This document shows, in pieces, positions 39,111 to 51,947 of a stretch of 64,000 nucleotides of DNA (position 1 is the stretch's first letter; each line of letters starts with the position of its first letter). Source of the stretch: Squalus acanthias (lineage: Eukaryota); assembly GCA_030390025.1 (NCBI GenBank), contig CM059425.1, positions 177,074,001 through 177,138,000 of the forward strand, read 5' to 3'. The notes under the pieces were generated by a model. That model saw only the letters and a program-made list of their open reading frames with translations. It ran no database searches and was not told where the DNA came from. Position numbers and translations under genes: made by a program.

Positions 39111-40491
39111 AATGTATTTATTTTAGAATGTTGTGTTCAAAAACTGCCTGAATGTGCATTTTTACCTGGCAAGACAATAATGAGTGGACATCGTTAACTT
39201 TTTAAATTTTCCCAATCCAAACTCGGGCTGAAATACATCTTCCTGTTTTGTCATTTAGGAGGGTTTTTAGTATGTGTTACACAGTATCAGGATGCAGCAT
39301 TCGAACCTCAGAATTTTATTCATTTGAGAAAATAGGCAAAAGTATTCACCCAGATGCTTGCTCTCCAACACAATGTGCCTCAAAGCCAGTTCTCCCAATG
39401 TAATCTAGTCTACCCCATCTGGCTGCGTTCAAGACATGCAACGAGCCATCAATATCAAATCCTGTCTACTTAAGTTTTCAAATAACTTATGAACAATTTT
39501 TCTGTCAGTCTGAAGAGAATGTGACTTGTGAACAGGAGGCTAATAACTGAACCCACGGTCAATACAGTGCATTGTGTTGATCATGGTACAGAATAAGCAA
39601 CATATTCTCGAGTGATGATACTTTGTATCTGATCTATTCCCTGGTGAGTGGATATAAATTGCATAGTATACTCCTAGATGTGTTTAGATCATCCTTTAAA
39701 ATAAACCCTTGGGACTGCTAACAGGTGATCATATAACTAGTGCAGTAGATAGGGCTTTAAACTAATGAAGTGGGGGGGTTGGGGGGGAGAGGATTCAGGA
39801 AAGGGTAAATTCAAAAGCAGTAAGAGAAAAGTCAAGGATTTAGAGCAGAGTAGCGATATGGGTAAAAATAAGCAGAGTCAGGAAGGGACAGAGAGCTGAA
39901 CAAAGGTAACAGGGCATTAGTGACTAAGGTGACATTAGTGAAAAAATAGAAAAAATTTAAAGCGAAAGGTAATGGCCGGAATTTTCTGGGGTCTGTGCAG
40001 GCATGATTGGAGGCGGCTCGGGTGGGAAATTTAAAAAAATCTTGCAGCGGGTCGGGAACCCGCCGTCTTCCCGCCCTCACGTGCCTTTTTCTCAGGTGCG
40101 TTTGCCAGCGCGGCAGCACCCCGAACAGCAGAGGCGGGCGAGCTAATTTAAATCATGAGGTACTTGTCAAACCCTTAAGCACCTTTTTAACCCTACCTTT
40201 CAAATTTCCCTGGATGAGCACGGGAATCACATCGTCCGTGAACCTGAGGTGGAAGTTGAGTGGCCATTGATCCAGCTCATTAGTGCACAGCATGAAAAGT
40301 ACAATAAAAACTCCCACCTCACAACTGATCACTTTCCTAAGGCAGATGCTGTTGCTGATTGCATTGTCAGCACAGATTTAGCTTTCTAGAGGTTGCAAGT
40401 GTTTCCAGCAACACCTCATTGATAGAACCCATCACACCATTGACAGATTGCTTCTGTCATCTCTACTTGACCTGCCATCTATTCCATCAGC

Positions 40492-41677
40492 ATGGGCGCC
40501 GTTTATACGGTCTCACCATGGTCCTCAGAATCGGACCACAATGAGCCCCAACACCACCACCAACCACCTTCTCCTCAACCACCTGATGTTACACAGGACA
40601 GAGGGCATCAGTGCAGGGCTGCACCACGCTGGAGGCGATACCCCCAACACAGGGTATACAGGCAGAAGATGAGTTTCCTCAACATGACTGAGCAGCAGTG
40701 CCAAAGGAGGCTCAGGCTATCGCGCCAGGTTGTTGCAGACTTTTGTACATTGCTGGAGGAAGATCTGCAGCTCAGAGGAGCGGGTGGACATGCCATACCA
40801 GTGGCTGTCAAAGTCACCAGCGCCCTCAACTTCTTTGCCTCAGGTTCCTTCCAGGGATCTGCAGCAGACATTTGCGGCATCTCGCAGTCGGCTGCCCAGA
40901 TACATCTCACAGGTCACCAATGGCTTCTTTGACAAGTCAGCCAATTATATCAACTTTTCCACTGATGAGTCCAGTGTTAGTGAGCGAGCGCTCGGCATTG
41001 CCGCTCTGGCTGACTTCCCATGGGTGTAGGGCATCATCGACTGCACACATGTGGCCATCAGGGCACCCCATCATCACCCAAGAGTCTTTGTCAACCGCAA
41101 GGGCTTCCACTCCCTCAATGTGCAGCTCTCCTGTAACCATAGGAAGATCATGCATGTGTGCGCGAAATTCCCTGGCAGCTGTCATGAATCTTTCGTCCTG
41201 CACCAGTGCATCCTCCCTTCAGCTCCTCCTCTAAACAGACTTTCCGGCTGGCTGCTTGGAGACAAGGGCTATACACTGAAGACCTGGCTCATGACACCCT
41301 CGAGGAAGCCAAGTACTGAGGCCCAGGAGAGATATAATGAAAGCCACATTTCCAGCAGATGTGTCACAGAGCAGACAATAGGCATGCTAAAAATGCGCTT
41401 CAGATGCCTGGACAGATCTGGAGAAGCCCTTCAGTGCGCAACAGCCAGGGTCTCCAGAATCATCATGGTCTGCTGCGCCTTGCATAACATAGCGCAGCGA
41501 GGATTAGCGCTGCATGAAGAGCAAAGCACTGAGCGCACAGCCTCTTCAGAGGAGGAGGAGGAGCATCAGCTGGAAGAGGAGGAGCAGCAGGAACCTGCGG
41601 TCCAGATCCCACCAGTACCCGAGCACATTGCTGCGCAGGAGGCCAGGGATGGGCTCAGTATGGTCAGATTTACTTAA
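40492..41677 (+). pseudogene. Harbinger (HARBI1-like) DDE transposase, disrupted
   Basis: Motifs [56 protein letters not shown]. Frameshift near 40895-40900 and in-frame TAG at 41027-41029. Confidence 0.9.
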
Positions 41678-41810
41678 CTTTACGCATTACACCCACTTGG
41701 CTGCCACATGCTGCGCCAGGTTGGCACCACCCCACAGCAACACCATAAAGCATCCCTACAATAACCAAGCCATTCCTTTCACACTGACCACCATTGCTGG
41801 AGGTAACATT

Positions 41811-42548
41811 GGCCCAAAAATTAGTCCCGCGACGCGAGAGTACGCACTGTGTACTCTCGCGTATTCTGTCACCAATTGCCGGTTTTCTGCATGCACTGCG
41901 CATGCGCTGAAAACCGGCACTTGGTTTTTGGAAAAGGGGGCGGTTCCTCGGTGCACCGCATGCGCGCTACAGGCTGCGCGCACGCTGTGCACTTAGTGCT
42001 TTGGACGCACAGGTAAGGACGGAAGATTTTAGAAATGAAAAAAGGAGGAGTAAGACCCACTTTTAACAAGGTAAGTAGTGAATTAAGTATTATTTTGAAT
42101 TTTTTTTAACAGGTATATCTTTTTTAGAGACTTTAAAGACAGGTAAGTTTATTTTTATAACTTTTTAAAAGATTTTAAATTTTTTCAAAAATTTTATTTT
42201 TTATTTAAAATGGTTAATTTATTTAACTATACTTATTTTATTAATGTGATGGTTTTTTTTATATTTAATTGAGGTTTAGCTGTTATTTTGGGGGTGTGTA
42301 AGATTCATAGCTTTCACAGCACGTATGTGAAACTTATGAATGGAAGATGGTGTGCTGCCATTGGCTCTGAGTCACGTGATCCCACAGCTCGCACGAATTC
42401 ACTACGCCGGTGGGATACGCAAGCACTGCCCAGCTGATGTCTAGAACATCAAGTTCGTGCGAGCTGGATCTGAAAAAGCCAACGCGGAGTGAGAGATCGC
42501 GGGGAAGCCTTACCCCCGCGTCAACACTCAGTCTTTAATTTCTGGGCC
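41811..42548. mobile_element. Non-autonomous Harbinger-type MITE nested inside the Harbinger
   Basis: TIRs GGCCCAAAAATTA / TAATTTCTGGGCC; TSD ATT on both sides; GC-rich ends and AT-rich core. Confidence 0.88.
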
Positions 42549-42719
42549 ATTATGTCTCACCATTCACTCCAACTCACTAAGCCACTTCCAAAGGTGCACA
42601 CAAATTTGTCCATGACCACAAAGTGGTGAAAATAAAGATTTTTTTTATCTGTGACATCACAGTAACGGAAACTTTACACAAACATTTAATGAAACACCCA
42701 AGTGGCTACCCTTGTGAAT

Positions 42720-44530
42720 CTACTTGTGTTTCATCTTTCGCTTACGCGTGCTTCTACAAGGTTCTACGACTGTGGTTTCAGCAGAGGTAGAAGCAGCCTG
42801 CTCGCTTCCCCGCTGCGACTACACAGACCCTTTTGGCAGACGTCCTCTGGGTTTTGGAGCCTGTGTGATGGCCCCGCCAAACTCTGCTCCTCCTGTGACT
42901 GTGCAGGAGCAAACTCAGCCATTGCGATTCGAGGAGGCATCTGGGACTCTGACTAGGGGGGGGGGGGGCGGGTGCGGCAACAGAGGAAAAGTTTGAGCGC
43001 TTTGAGAGGAGCCCCCACTTCCATGTCCCCTCTCACCATCATCCCTCATGGGCAACCCGCATTTTCCTGCTAGCAAGGAGCTGGAGAGCACCTTGCTGCA
43101 CAGCAGTGGGGCCATGAGGACCCACTTCTACGTTGACATCCCTCCTAGAGAGGACATCTATGAGCCTCTGCCATCTATTCTCCATGGAGACCATGTGCTC
43201 ATGTGAGTAACACATTAGCTGCTCCATGCAGGTGGCCATTCTATCCATGGAAGAGCCTACAGTCGCCATCATGTTGGAGATGGACGACTCCATTCTCTGC
43301 ACATTTGCAGACATCGCGCTTGCAAAATCTGTCAAAGCCTCCTGCACCTCCAGAAACGCCCTCTTTCTGGATGGCCCCCAAGGCTCAGCATCTGCATGCA
43401 GCTGAGCAGAGCTGGGAGTGTCCTGCGCCCTCCGGCGAGGAATCTCCACTGCTGTCCCCGTCTCCACCATCTGCTCTTGCCGAGTTGTGAGACGCGAGAC
43501 ACCAGGTGACAACACTACTCTATCTCAAGTGGGACCCACCAAAGTGTAAGTATCTGCGATGGTGCTGGGTGCGCTTATGTCTGGTGATGGTGCACCCTTA
43601 GAGGCTGGAGGCTGCTCTGAGTCGTCGTCGTCGTCTTCCTTCTGGACTGGGGTGGGGGGGGAGCTTGATGGACCTGTAGGAGAGTAAAGAGATGAGTTAG
43701 ATATGTCATATGAAGAATGGGTACAGATACTATTATGCACATGATAAACAAACATTCACTGGCTGCTGACATCTGTCCCCATAGGAGTGACTGATGTGTG
43801 CCATGTAGCTGTGTGATATGTAATTCTGTCACCAGGTTGCTGAGATGTCCCCCTCTCCGTCTCCCAGTTCCAGCTACTCGGCGACTCCAGAGACTTCCAA
43901 GGCAGCCTCCTCTGCTGATGTTAGGTGGCCAATGATGGAGGGCCACCTCCGGTTCTCTCCCTCTCATTGTGGGCTCTCTTTTCCTGCAAGGAGGGAAAGA
44001 GAAGGTGGAGTGAGAGTGATGGAATGAGTGTAAGGAATGAATAGGTTACATCTGTAGAGGGTGACTATGATGGAGTGGGGTTGCAATGCATTGTGGCCTC
44101 TTTGTGTGTTGTTAGTTGGTATGATTGCATTAGGGTGAGGGCGAGTGTGAAGGGTGGCTCGTCAGATGGGGATGTGATAATGTAGATAGAGCGAGAGGGA
44201 TGGGTGGGCGTGCAAGATATGTTGGTGTAAGGATGTGCAGGAGCAGAGTTGGGAAGGCAGAGTAATGGGGATGTGATGAGAGGTGCAGCAGGATGAAGCG
44301 GAGTGTGGCTTTGCACTCACCTTTCCTGATCTACTGAGATCACTGAAACATTTGCGGCACTGCACCCAGGTCCTCCTGACCACATCCCTGCTGTTCACCT
44401 CCTCTGCTATTTGGAGCCAGGCTTCTTTTGTCTCCTGGGGAGGTTTCTTCAGCCCATTAGAAGGGAAGAGGACCTCCCTACATGCTCTCACTCCCTCCAT
44501 ATGGAGGGAGTCATCGGAGAACCTAAAATG
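42720..44530 (-). pseudogene. Harbinger Myb/SANT-like DNA-binding protein gene (3 exons: ~44530-44321, 43983-43833, 43673-42720), degraded
   Basis: Trihelix-like AWLQIAEEVNS....RTWVQCRKCFSDL; exon 2 EKRAHNERERTGGGPP; acidic stretch; basic C-terminus RSTRKRKMKHK*. GT-AG boundaries visible; frameshifts present and 5' end lost. Confidence 0.8.
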
Positions 44531-46223
44531 TATATCCTGTGCATAATGCTATCTGTACCCATTCGTCATCTGACATATCTAACTCATCTCTTTACTCTCC
44601 CACAGGTCCATCAGGAGCGGCATGGGATGAAGAACGGGGTCACGACCCGCCACAGCGACCGCCCGCACTCGACCCACCCAGGTACAGAAAATTCAGGCCA
44701 ATATATCTAAATGCATGAAGCAGTCACAACAAAATAGATTAATAGCACAGATAGAAATAAATCAGTTTGATCGAATTGCCTTTACGGAGACATGGTTGCA
44801 GAGTGACCAAGGTTGGGAACAAAATATTCCAGGATACTTGGCTTTTAGAAGAGATAGGCAAAATGGAAAAGAGGGGGGTATCCCTGATAATAAAGGATGG
44901 GATGAAGACAGTAGAGAGAAAGGATTTAAGTTTGGAAAATTAAGATGTAGAATCAGTTTGGGTAGAGCGAAGACACAAGGGGCAGGAAACACTGGTGGGA
45001 GCTGCTTATAGGCCCCCCAACAGTAGTTGTAGTGTCAGGCAGAGTATAAATCAGGAAATTAGAAGTGCATGTAATAAAGGTAATACAGTAATCTTGGGGG
45101 ACTTTAATCTTCATATAGACTGGGCAAACCAAATTTGCAGTAATAGTGTGGAGGACGAGTTCATGGAATGCGTTCAAGATAGTTTTCTAGATCAGTATGT
45201 CAGGAACCAACTAGGGAACAGGCTATTTTAGATCTAGTATTATGCAATGAGACAGGGTTAATTAATAACCTTGTAGTAAAGGAGCTTCTGGGGAAGTGAT
45301 CATTATATGATAAAAAATTTATATTGAGTTTGAGAGTGATTTAGTTAAGTCCAAAATTAGAGTCTTAAATCTGAACAAAGCAAACTATGTAGGCATGATT
45401 GCCGATTTGGCTAAGGTAGATTGGGAAACTAGATTAAAAGATAGGATGGTAGATAAGCAATGGCAAACATTTAAAGAAATAATTCATAATTCACAACAAA
45501 TATACATTCCCACAGGAAAAGTGGTCCAACCATGGCTAACAAGTTAATGATTGTATTCAATTAAAAGGAAGAGGCTTACAAATGTTGCCAAAAATAGTAA
45601 GCCTGAGGATTGAATGGATTTTAGAATTCAGCAAAGGATGATCAAGAAATTGATAAAGAAAGAGAAAATAGAATAGGAGAGTAAACTAGCAAGAGACAAA
45701 AACAGACTGTAAAAGTTGTATAGGTATGTAAAAAGGGAGAGATTAGCAAAAGTAAATGTGGGTCCCTTAGAGGCAGAAACGGGAAAATTATAATGGGGAA
45801 TAAGGAAATAGCAGAGACATTAAACAAATACTTTGTACCTGTCTTCATGGTAGAAGACAAAAAACATTCTGGAAATAGTGGGGAACCAAGGGTCTACTGA
45901 ACTTAAAGAAATTAGTATTAGTAAAGAAATAGTACTAGGGAAATTAATGGGACTAAAAGTGGGCAAATCCACTGGACCTGATGGCCTACACCCTGGGGTT
46001 TTAAAAAGAGGTGGCTACAGAGATAGTGGATGCATTGGTTTTGATCTTTGAGAATTCCCAAGATTTTAGAATGGGCCCCACGGATTGGAAGGTAGCAAAC
46101 CCTCTATTCAAGAAAGGAGAGAAAACAGGGAACTATAGGCCAGTTAGCCTGATATCAGTAGTAGGGAAAATGCTAGAATCTGTTATTAGGGACGTGGCAA
46201 CAGAGCACTTAGAAAATCATGTT

Positions 46224-46973
46224 GGCCCTGAATTTGCAGTCAGTATGACAGTGCAGAGTACGCCTTCATACCACCTTTGAAACTGACCGCAACCTCGGGA
46301 TTTGGCAGTTGCAGTCTGTCAATGACAGCTCTGAAGCTGGCTGCGCTGTGGCCCCCTCCTCCCCCCAACCCCCAACAGAGCCGGCAATCAGTGAAATCTC
46401 ATAAATCTTTGAAACTGACAAAGACTTCGGCTCTTCTGCAGTAATTACGCTGTTAAATTCCCCATGAAATGTTAGACCCAAAGGGATTAAGTGTAACTGG
46501 AGTTTTAATAGCATATTGACTGCTAAACAGATGTTAAGGGTGTGGAAAACTAATTTTAATTTTGTGCAGTGTGAAATTTGTCCATTTTAATAAAAACTAA
46601 AATTAAGATACTTTTCAAATTTTTTTTTTAATAAAGTTTCTGCATCTTTATTTCAGGTTTACCTTTTCCCCATGTGAGAACCCTAATCTTTCTTTTGCTC
46701 TCTCTATTTTTTAAAAAAAGTTAGAATTTTATGGGCTTACCCACTTCCTTGTTCGCAGTCTGTGAGAATTCTGCCTTTTGATTGGCTGCTTAGACAGCCT
46801 GTTGATATCACAGCACTTCGCACAAGAGGATTCCTATTAAGTTCTGTTGAATTGAATTCAAGGTTGGAAAACCCAAAGTTCTCGACACAGCGATTGAGAG
46901 ATCCCTATTCGGAGCGTACTTCAGGGCCAGCAGCGAACGCCTTCGCTTCGCTGCTGGCTGCAAATTCCGGGCC
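46224..46973. mobile_element. Harbinger-type MITE inserted in CR1 ORF2
   Basis: TIRs GGCCCTGAATTTGCAG / CTGCAAATTCCGGGCC. Interrupts the CR1 frame HLENH|NMIGQSQH. Confidence 0.85.
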
Positions 46974-48239
46974 AATATGATTGGGCAAAGTCAACACAGA
47001 TTTATGAAAGTGAAAGTGTTTTTTGAGGTTGTAACGAGCAGGGTAGATAAGGGGGAAACCAGTGGATGTAATGTATTTGGATTTTCAAAAAGCATTCGAT
47101 AAAGTGCCACACAAGAGGTTATTATGCAAAATTAGGGCTCATGGGATTGGGGGTAATATGTTAGCATGGATTGAGGATTGGTTAATTGACAGAAAACAGA
47201 GAGTAGGAATAAACGGCTCATTTTCAAATTGGCAGGCTGTAACGAGTGGAGTGCAGCAAGGATCAGTGCTTGGGCCTCAGCTATTTACAATCTATATCAA
47301 TGACTTAGATGAGGGGACCGAGTGTAATGTATCAAAGTTTGCTGATGCTACAAAGCTAGGGAAAGTAAGCTGTGAGGAGGCTGCAACGGGACATAGACAG
47401 GTTAAGTGAGTGGACAAGAAGGTGGCAGATGGACTATCATATGGAGAAATGTGAAGTTATCCACTTTGGTAGGAAAAGTAGAAAAACAGAATATTTTTAA
47501 AAAGGGGAGAGACTGGGAAATCTTAGTATTCAGTGGGACCTGGGTGTCCTTGTACACAAATCACAGAAAGGTTGCATGCAGGGGCAGCAAGCAATTAGGA
47601 AAGCAAATAGTATGTTAGCTTTTATTACAAAGGGATTGAAGTATAAGAGTGAAAAAGTCTTACTGCACTTATATAGGGCCTTGGGGAGATCACACCTGGA
47701 GTACTATATACACTTTTGGTCTCCTTACCCAAGGAAGAATATACTTGCCTTAGAGGGAGTGCAACAAGGATTCACTAGACTGATTCCTGGGATGAGGATT
47801 GTCTATGAGGAGAGTTGAGTAGACTAGGCCTATATTCCCTAGAGTTTAGAAGAATAAGGGGTGATCTCATTGAAACATATTAAATTCTTAAGGGGCTTGA
47901 CAGGGTAGATGCTGGGAGGATGTTTCCCCTAGCTCGGGAGTCTAGAACTAGGGGTCACAGCCTCAGAATAAGGGGCCAGCCACTTAAGACTGAGATGAGG
48001 AGAAATTTCTTCACTCAAAAGGTTGTGAATCTTTGGAATTCTCTTCCCCAGAGGGCTGTGGATGCTCAGCCGTTGAATATATTCAAGACAGTGATCGATA
48101 GAGTTTTGGATACTTAAGGGAATCAAGGAATATGGCCATAGGGCAGGTGGAGTTGAGTTAGATCAGCCATGATCTTATTAAATGGTGGAACAAGCTTGAA
48201 GGGCCGAATGGCCTACTCCTGCTCCTAGTTCTTATGTTC

Positions 48240-48800
48240 ATAATATTGTTGTCCATTTTATTTTCCCAAATTCTATTCTCAGCCCCTCAAAAATCAGCTT
48301 TTTTCCAATCTATTACCTTGGATTTTGTCATGTTTATGTCCTTCTCAATTATTATCCTAAACTGTGTTATATCATGGTCATTATTGCCTAGATGTTCACC
48401 TACTTTTACTTTTCTTATCTGGTTCATTCCCCATTACCAGATCCAGTCGCGAATCCTCCCTCCCTTGTTGGGCTTCTTACATACCTGGTTGGAAAGGAGT
48501 CCTGTACACACTGTAGGAACTCTATTCCCTTATCCCCTTTACCTAGCTCTTCTGGCCAATTAATTTCAGGGTAGTCGAAATCCCCCATGATAATTATTCT
48601 ATGTTTCTCATTTCCCTAATTTGTTTGCATATTTCTTCCTCCACCTCCCTTCCACTATTAGGTGGTCTGTAGACTACCCCTACTAGTGTGATTGATCCTT
48701 TATTATTTTTTATATCTATCCACATGGATTCTATTTCTGTCTTACTGATGGCTGCGTTGCTTTTTTCTACTACCATTATGTTATCACTAATAAGCACAGC
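48240..48800 (-). mobile_element. CR1 endonuclease fragment
   Basis: ESMWIDIKNNKGSITLVGVVYRPPNS...MGDFDYP. Confidence 0.75.
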
Positions 48801-49140
48801 TACTCAGTCCTAAAGTTCATATCTTCAAAATTAACAAAGTTCCGAGTTGAATTTGAACATTCAGAACTAGAACAGACTTGTAAGAGTCAGCAGAGTGGGT
48901 TCTTGACTGGGAGAACCAAAATAGCACATGTCCATGAGGTTGCATTTTAACCAATTAGCTACAAACATATCTGAGGGCAGATAGTTTTAGCTGATTTTTC
49001 AGCCTTTGGGCGAGAAGAAATCAGAGCTGTCAGCATTATTTCCTTTCAGACAGTCCGCATTTAACAAATGGGGTTAATCAGTGAATCCCATTGAGCCAGC
49101 GGCTTTTTCTCATATTAAAATCAGTATTTTTTTTTTTAAC

Positions 49141-49236
49141 CTTCTCTTTAAGCTTGGCCAATCTCTTCTCTCGCTCATCCTCCTTCTCTTGCTTTGTTCG
49201 TTTCTCTGCTAATTTGCACTCCAACTTTTGAAAATC
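49141..49236 (-). CDS. CCDC112: CCDC112 exon (DFQKLECKLAEKRTKQEKEDEREKRLAKLKEK)
   Basis: cacacag|GATTTT...GAGAAG|gttaaa, 96 nt, phase 0-0. Confidence 0.93.
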
Positions 49237-49579
49237 CTGTGTGGTATAAAAATACATCCTGTAATTGCTCTGTGATTACCTTTATTGCCACAAATTAACT
49301 TCCTTTTCCCTATCTTTCATGAAAAAGTGTAAGTGGAAGTACTACCAAATTGAAGGTACTTCTATAAAATGTAAGGAGGCTACATATTTTAGGATTACAC
49401 CTCAAAACTGTATTTTTAAAATGCAAAATTTTACCAAGACAATGTTTTACTAAATACAAACAAAAAAGTATAAGGACCATGTCCCCATATTTGACACTTC
49501 AATAAAACAGTGAACTAAATAAACGTTACATTATCTTATTTAGGGACTTCATAAGCAAGTTACCTTCCAAAAGACTCAC

Positions 49580-49996
49580 CCTCTCTTGAAACCTGGAGAT
49601 TTCTCTTGCCACAAGCCATTGTCTTTCTTCCCTTTCAGCTTCCTCTCTCATTTGGACTTCCAGTCGCAGAAACTCCTCCTTCTCCTTCTTTTGTTCAGCA
49701 CAATCTTCAAGTATTCTCTTCACTTCGAGCCGTCTCTGATTTTCCTTCCTTTGCCTTTTCATTTTCTCTACTTCTTCCTTCATTTGTTGTTCTTTCTCAC
49801 GAGCAAGCTCCACTTCCTTCTGTTTCTTCCATGATTGCAGCTCGGCTTCTCTTTCTTTTCTCTCCTTCTCAAGCCTGAGCCGTTTTGCCTCTTCTTTTGC
49901 CAAATGCTCTGCATCCTGTTCCTCTTCTGCCTGTGCTTGCATCCTCAGCAGCTTCACTTTTTCATGCTGCTTCTTTGTTTTCCATTTCTGAATAGC
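49580..49996 (-). CDS. CCDC112: CCDC112 coiled-coil exon (AIQKWKTKKQ...EISRFQER)
   Basis: Within ORF 49526..50002. ttgcag|GCTATT...GAGAGG|gtgagt, 417 nt; E/K/R-rich coiled coil. Confidence 0.94.
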
Positions 49997-50289
49997 CTGC
50001 AAGGTAATTTCAACAAAAAAAAAACCATCAGTGATTCGGAAGATTCAGTCTCCTAAATGTTATGCTGATTGACTGACGACACTGTCTATTTCTTTGGGTT
50101 ATTGGCTCTAATTTTAAAGATGCCAGGCTTAATACAGTAATCTCAAATAATTTCATTCCACTCAAGCCAAATGCAAGGATCTGCACAAAAGCAGTACAGG
50201 TACTCGCCCTCTGATCTTTTAAGTCCATGATTTGTTGATTAGATGTTAAACTGTAATGTCGCATGAAATGATTGTAAGACTGAATTTAA

Positions 50290-51748
50290 CTTGTAACTGT
50301 AATAATTGTGTTTTGTAGATAGCAGAGCGTGGGAAAAACCAGTGCGAATCCAGTATGAGGTGATTTTGGTGGTGCCTCCTGTGTCACTACTACCGCAACT
50401 ACCATGCTTTACCGGTCTAACAGGACCTGTGCCATCAACCAACACGTTTTTAAGTATGAGCTGCATAATTATGTGGCACAATTCGGATATGACATTCCCC
50501 TGTTGTTTGAGGGTTTCAGTGAGCTCGTGATGCGACTGAACTCCTCCCTAAAGCATTAATATGTTTTGGAACAAGACAACTCGAGAATAGATATTGAAAT
50601 AGCATAAGGACAACTCACACTGGTGGGATATTGGGCTTAATACATCAGCACGCCCTTAGGTTCGTATTATTTCACACGCTCTGGTAGTTCTCCAACTTGT
50701 AATGATAGTGTATTTGATATATGTAACCCATGTAGTAAGACTTTGAACTATGTAAGATCAGAAGTTTGATTAAGATCTACCCAGTTAAACACAAATGCCA
50801 CAAGGTAGGGAGTCAAAAATTGTTGGGACTAATAATACAATATAAGGAGGGACATAGAAATTCCTCCTTGGATTAGGATAATTTCCCATGTACTGGTCAT
50901 CACCCAACTTGTAGTACTGATATGCTTACTAGTTTACACCTGCTACCTGAAACACCTAACGTACAAAACCCGATCACAACCCAGAATATCTTAGAGTTAC
51001 ATAAACGTGGGAGAACAAACCCATATGTAAGATTTTAGTTTTGAGGCGTCAGCAAAATGCCTCGCCCTCAAGGTAGGGGATCTGTAGGATAGAGTGTACC
51101 TGTAGGATTTAGTAAGCATTATTAAGATTCTAGAACCATTATTAAATAACTATAATATGTGAAATTGTATGTTAAAAATCTAAAAAGCCTGTATAAAATG
51201 GCAAATGGCTAAGAAGTAAAGCATGATGGTAAAACCTAACATCCCTTATCGCTGAAATTTCAGACCAGGCTAGATAATGGACTATGGGAAAGGCAAAAGA
51301 CCTCTGTCGTAATTCGTGGGAATGTAAAAGTTCTCAGAGAAAAGCTCACAGCAGAAAAAGGGAGGAAATCATAGACCGTACTTGTGAAGGTCAGAATGGT
51401 GAGATAGCTCAAGCAGCTGCAAGTTGCTATGTATTTTTGAAAGGGGAAAAAAAGGTATAAAGGAACAGCTATTGAACACTGAAAGTAGCACGAAACCAGA
51501 GGAGGAGAAGCTTCAGTCAACAGAACACAGCAAGAGATAAAGAGACCGCGCCACAGTCACTCGGAGTTCAATGAACAGACTGCGACTATCTTCTTGTTAA
51601 GTATTACTTCTTTGTACTGGATGTTTAATGCTTAATAAACCTGTTTTACTTATACACAATATACCTGTACCCAGAGTGGTTTGTGTAGTCACGGACAAAT
51701 TATTCTAAAGAGCTTTTGAAAGCTATATCTTAGTTTCAAAAATCAACA
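50290..51748 (+). mobile_element. 5'-truncated retrovirus-like remnant: env-like coding relic, PPT and single LTR (~51083-51748)
   Basis: Degraded reading HWWDIGLNTSARP*VRIISHALVVLQLVMIVYLIY (hydrophobic TM-like). Purine tract AAGGTAGGGGA before TGTAGG; AATAAA at 51634; ends TCAACA. Left boundary uncertain. Confidence 0.55.
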
Positions 51749-51947
51749 CATACATTAAAAACAGCAGTTTGCTGCTGAATAGGAAGTATAGCCACGATTA
51801 CAGAACTAAAAAAGTGTGTTCTGTGTGCAGTAATTCTTATCAGGAAGAATAACGTGGATTGCTGGAAAAAAAAACACTGAACTCCTAAATTATAGTTCTA
51901 CTCAACACTTCAAAATATACTAACCAAATATTTCCATAAGTCCCTAC

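Larger units (their letters stand above)
39974..44699. mobile_element. Decayed autonomous-type PIF/Harbinger DNA transposon
   Basis: TIRs GGCCGGAATTTTCTG / CAGAAAATTCAGGCC (14/15); 3-bp TSD AAT. Convergent transposase (+) and Myb/SANT (-) genes. Inserted at the start of a CR1 ORF2. Confidence 0.92.
39700..48239 (+). mobile_element. Long degraded CR1 LINE (ORF1 end, endonuclease, RT, 3' tail) split by the Harbinger and a MITE
   Basis: KVI|YLNA.S at the Harbinger junction; IAFTETW, YRPP, ILGDFN (APE endonuclease); RT motifs at 46000-47400; tail at 48239. Left boundary approximate. Confidence 0.88.

Noticed and set aside
40492..41677. Domesticated host HARBI1 gene
   Set aside because: It is frameshifted, has an in-frame stop, and is enclosed by TIRs/TSD with a Myb partner, so it is a transposon copy.
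49586..50056. Plus-strand hydrophobic F/L/S-rich ORFs
   Set aside because: Antisense shadows of the E/K/R-rich CCDC112 exon.
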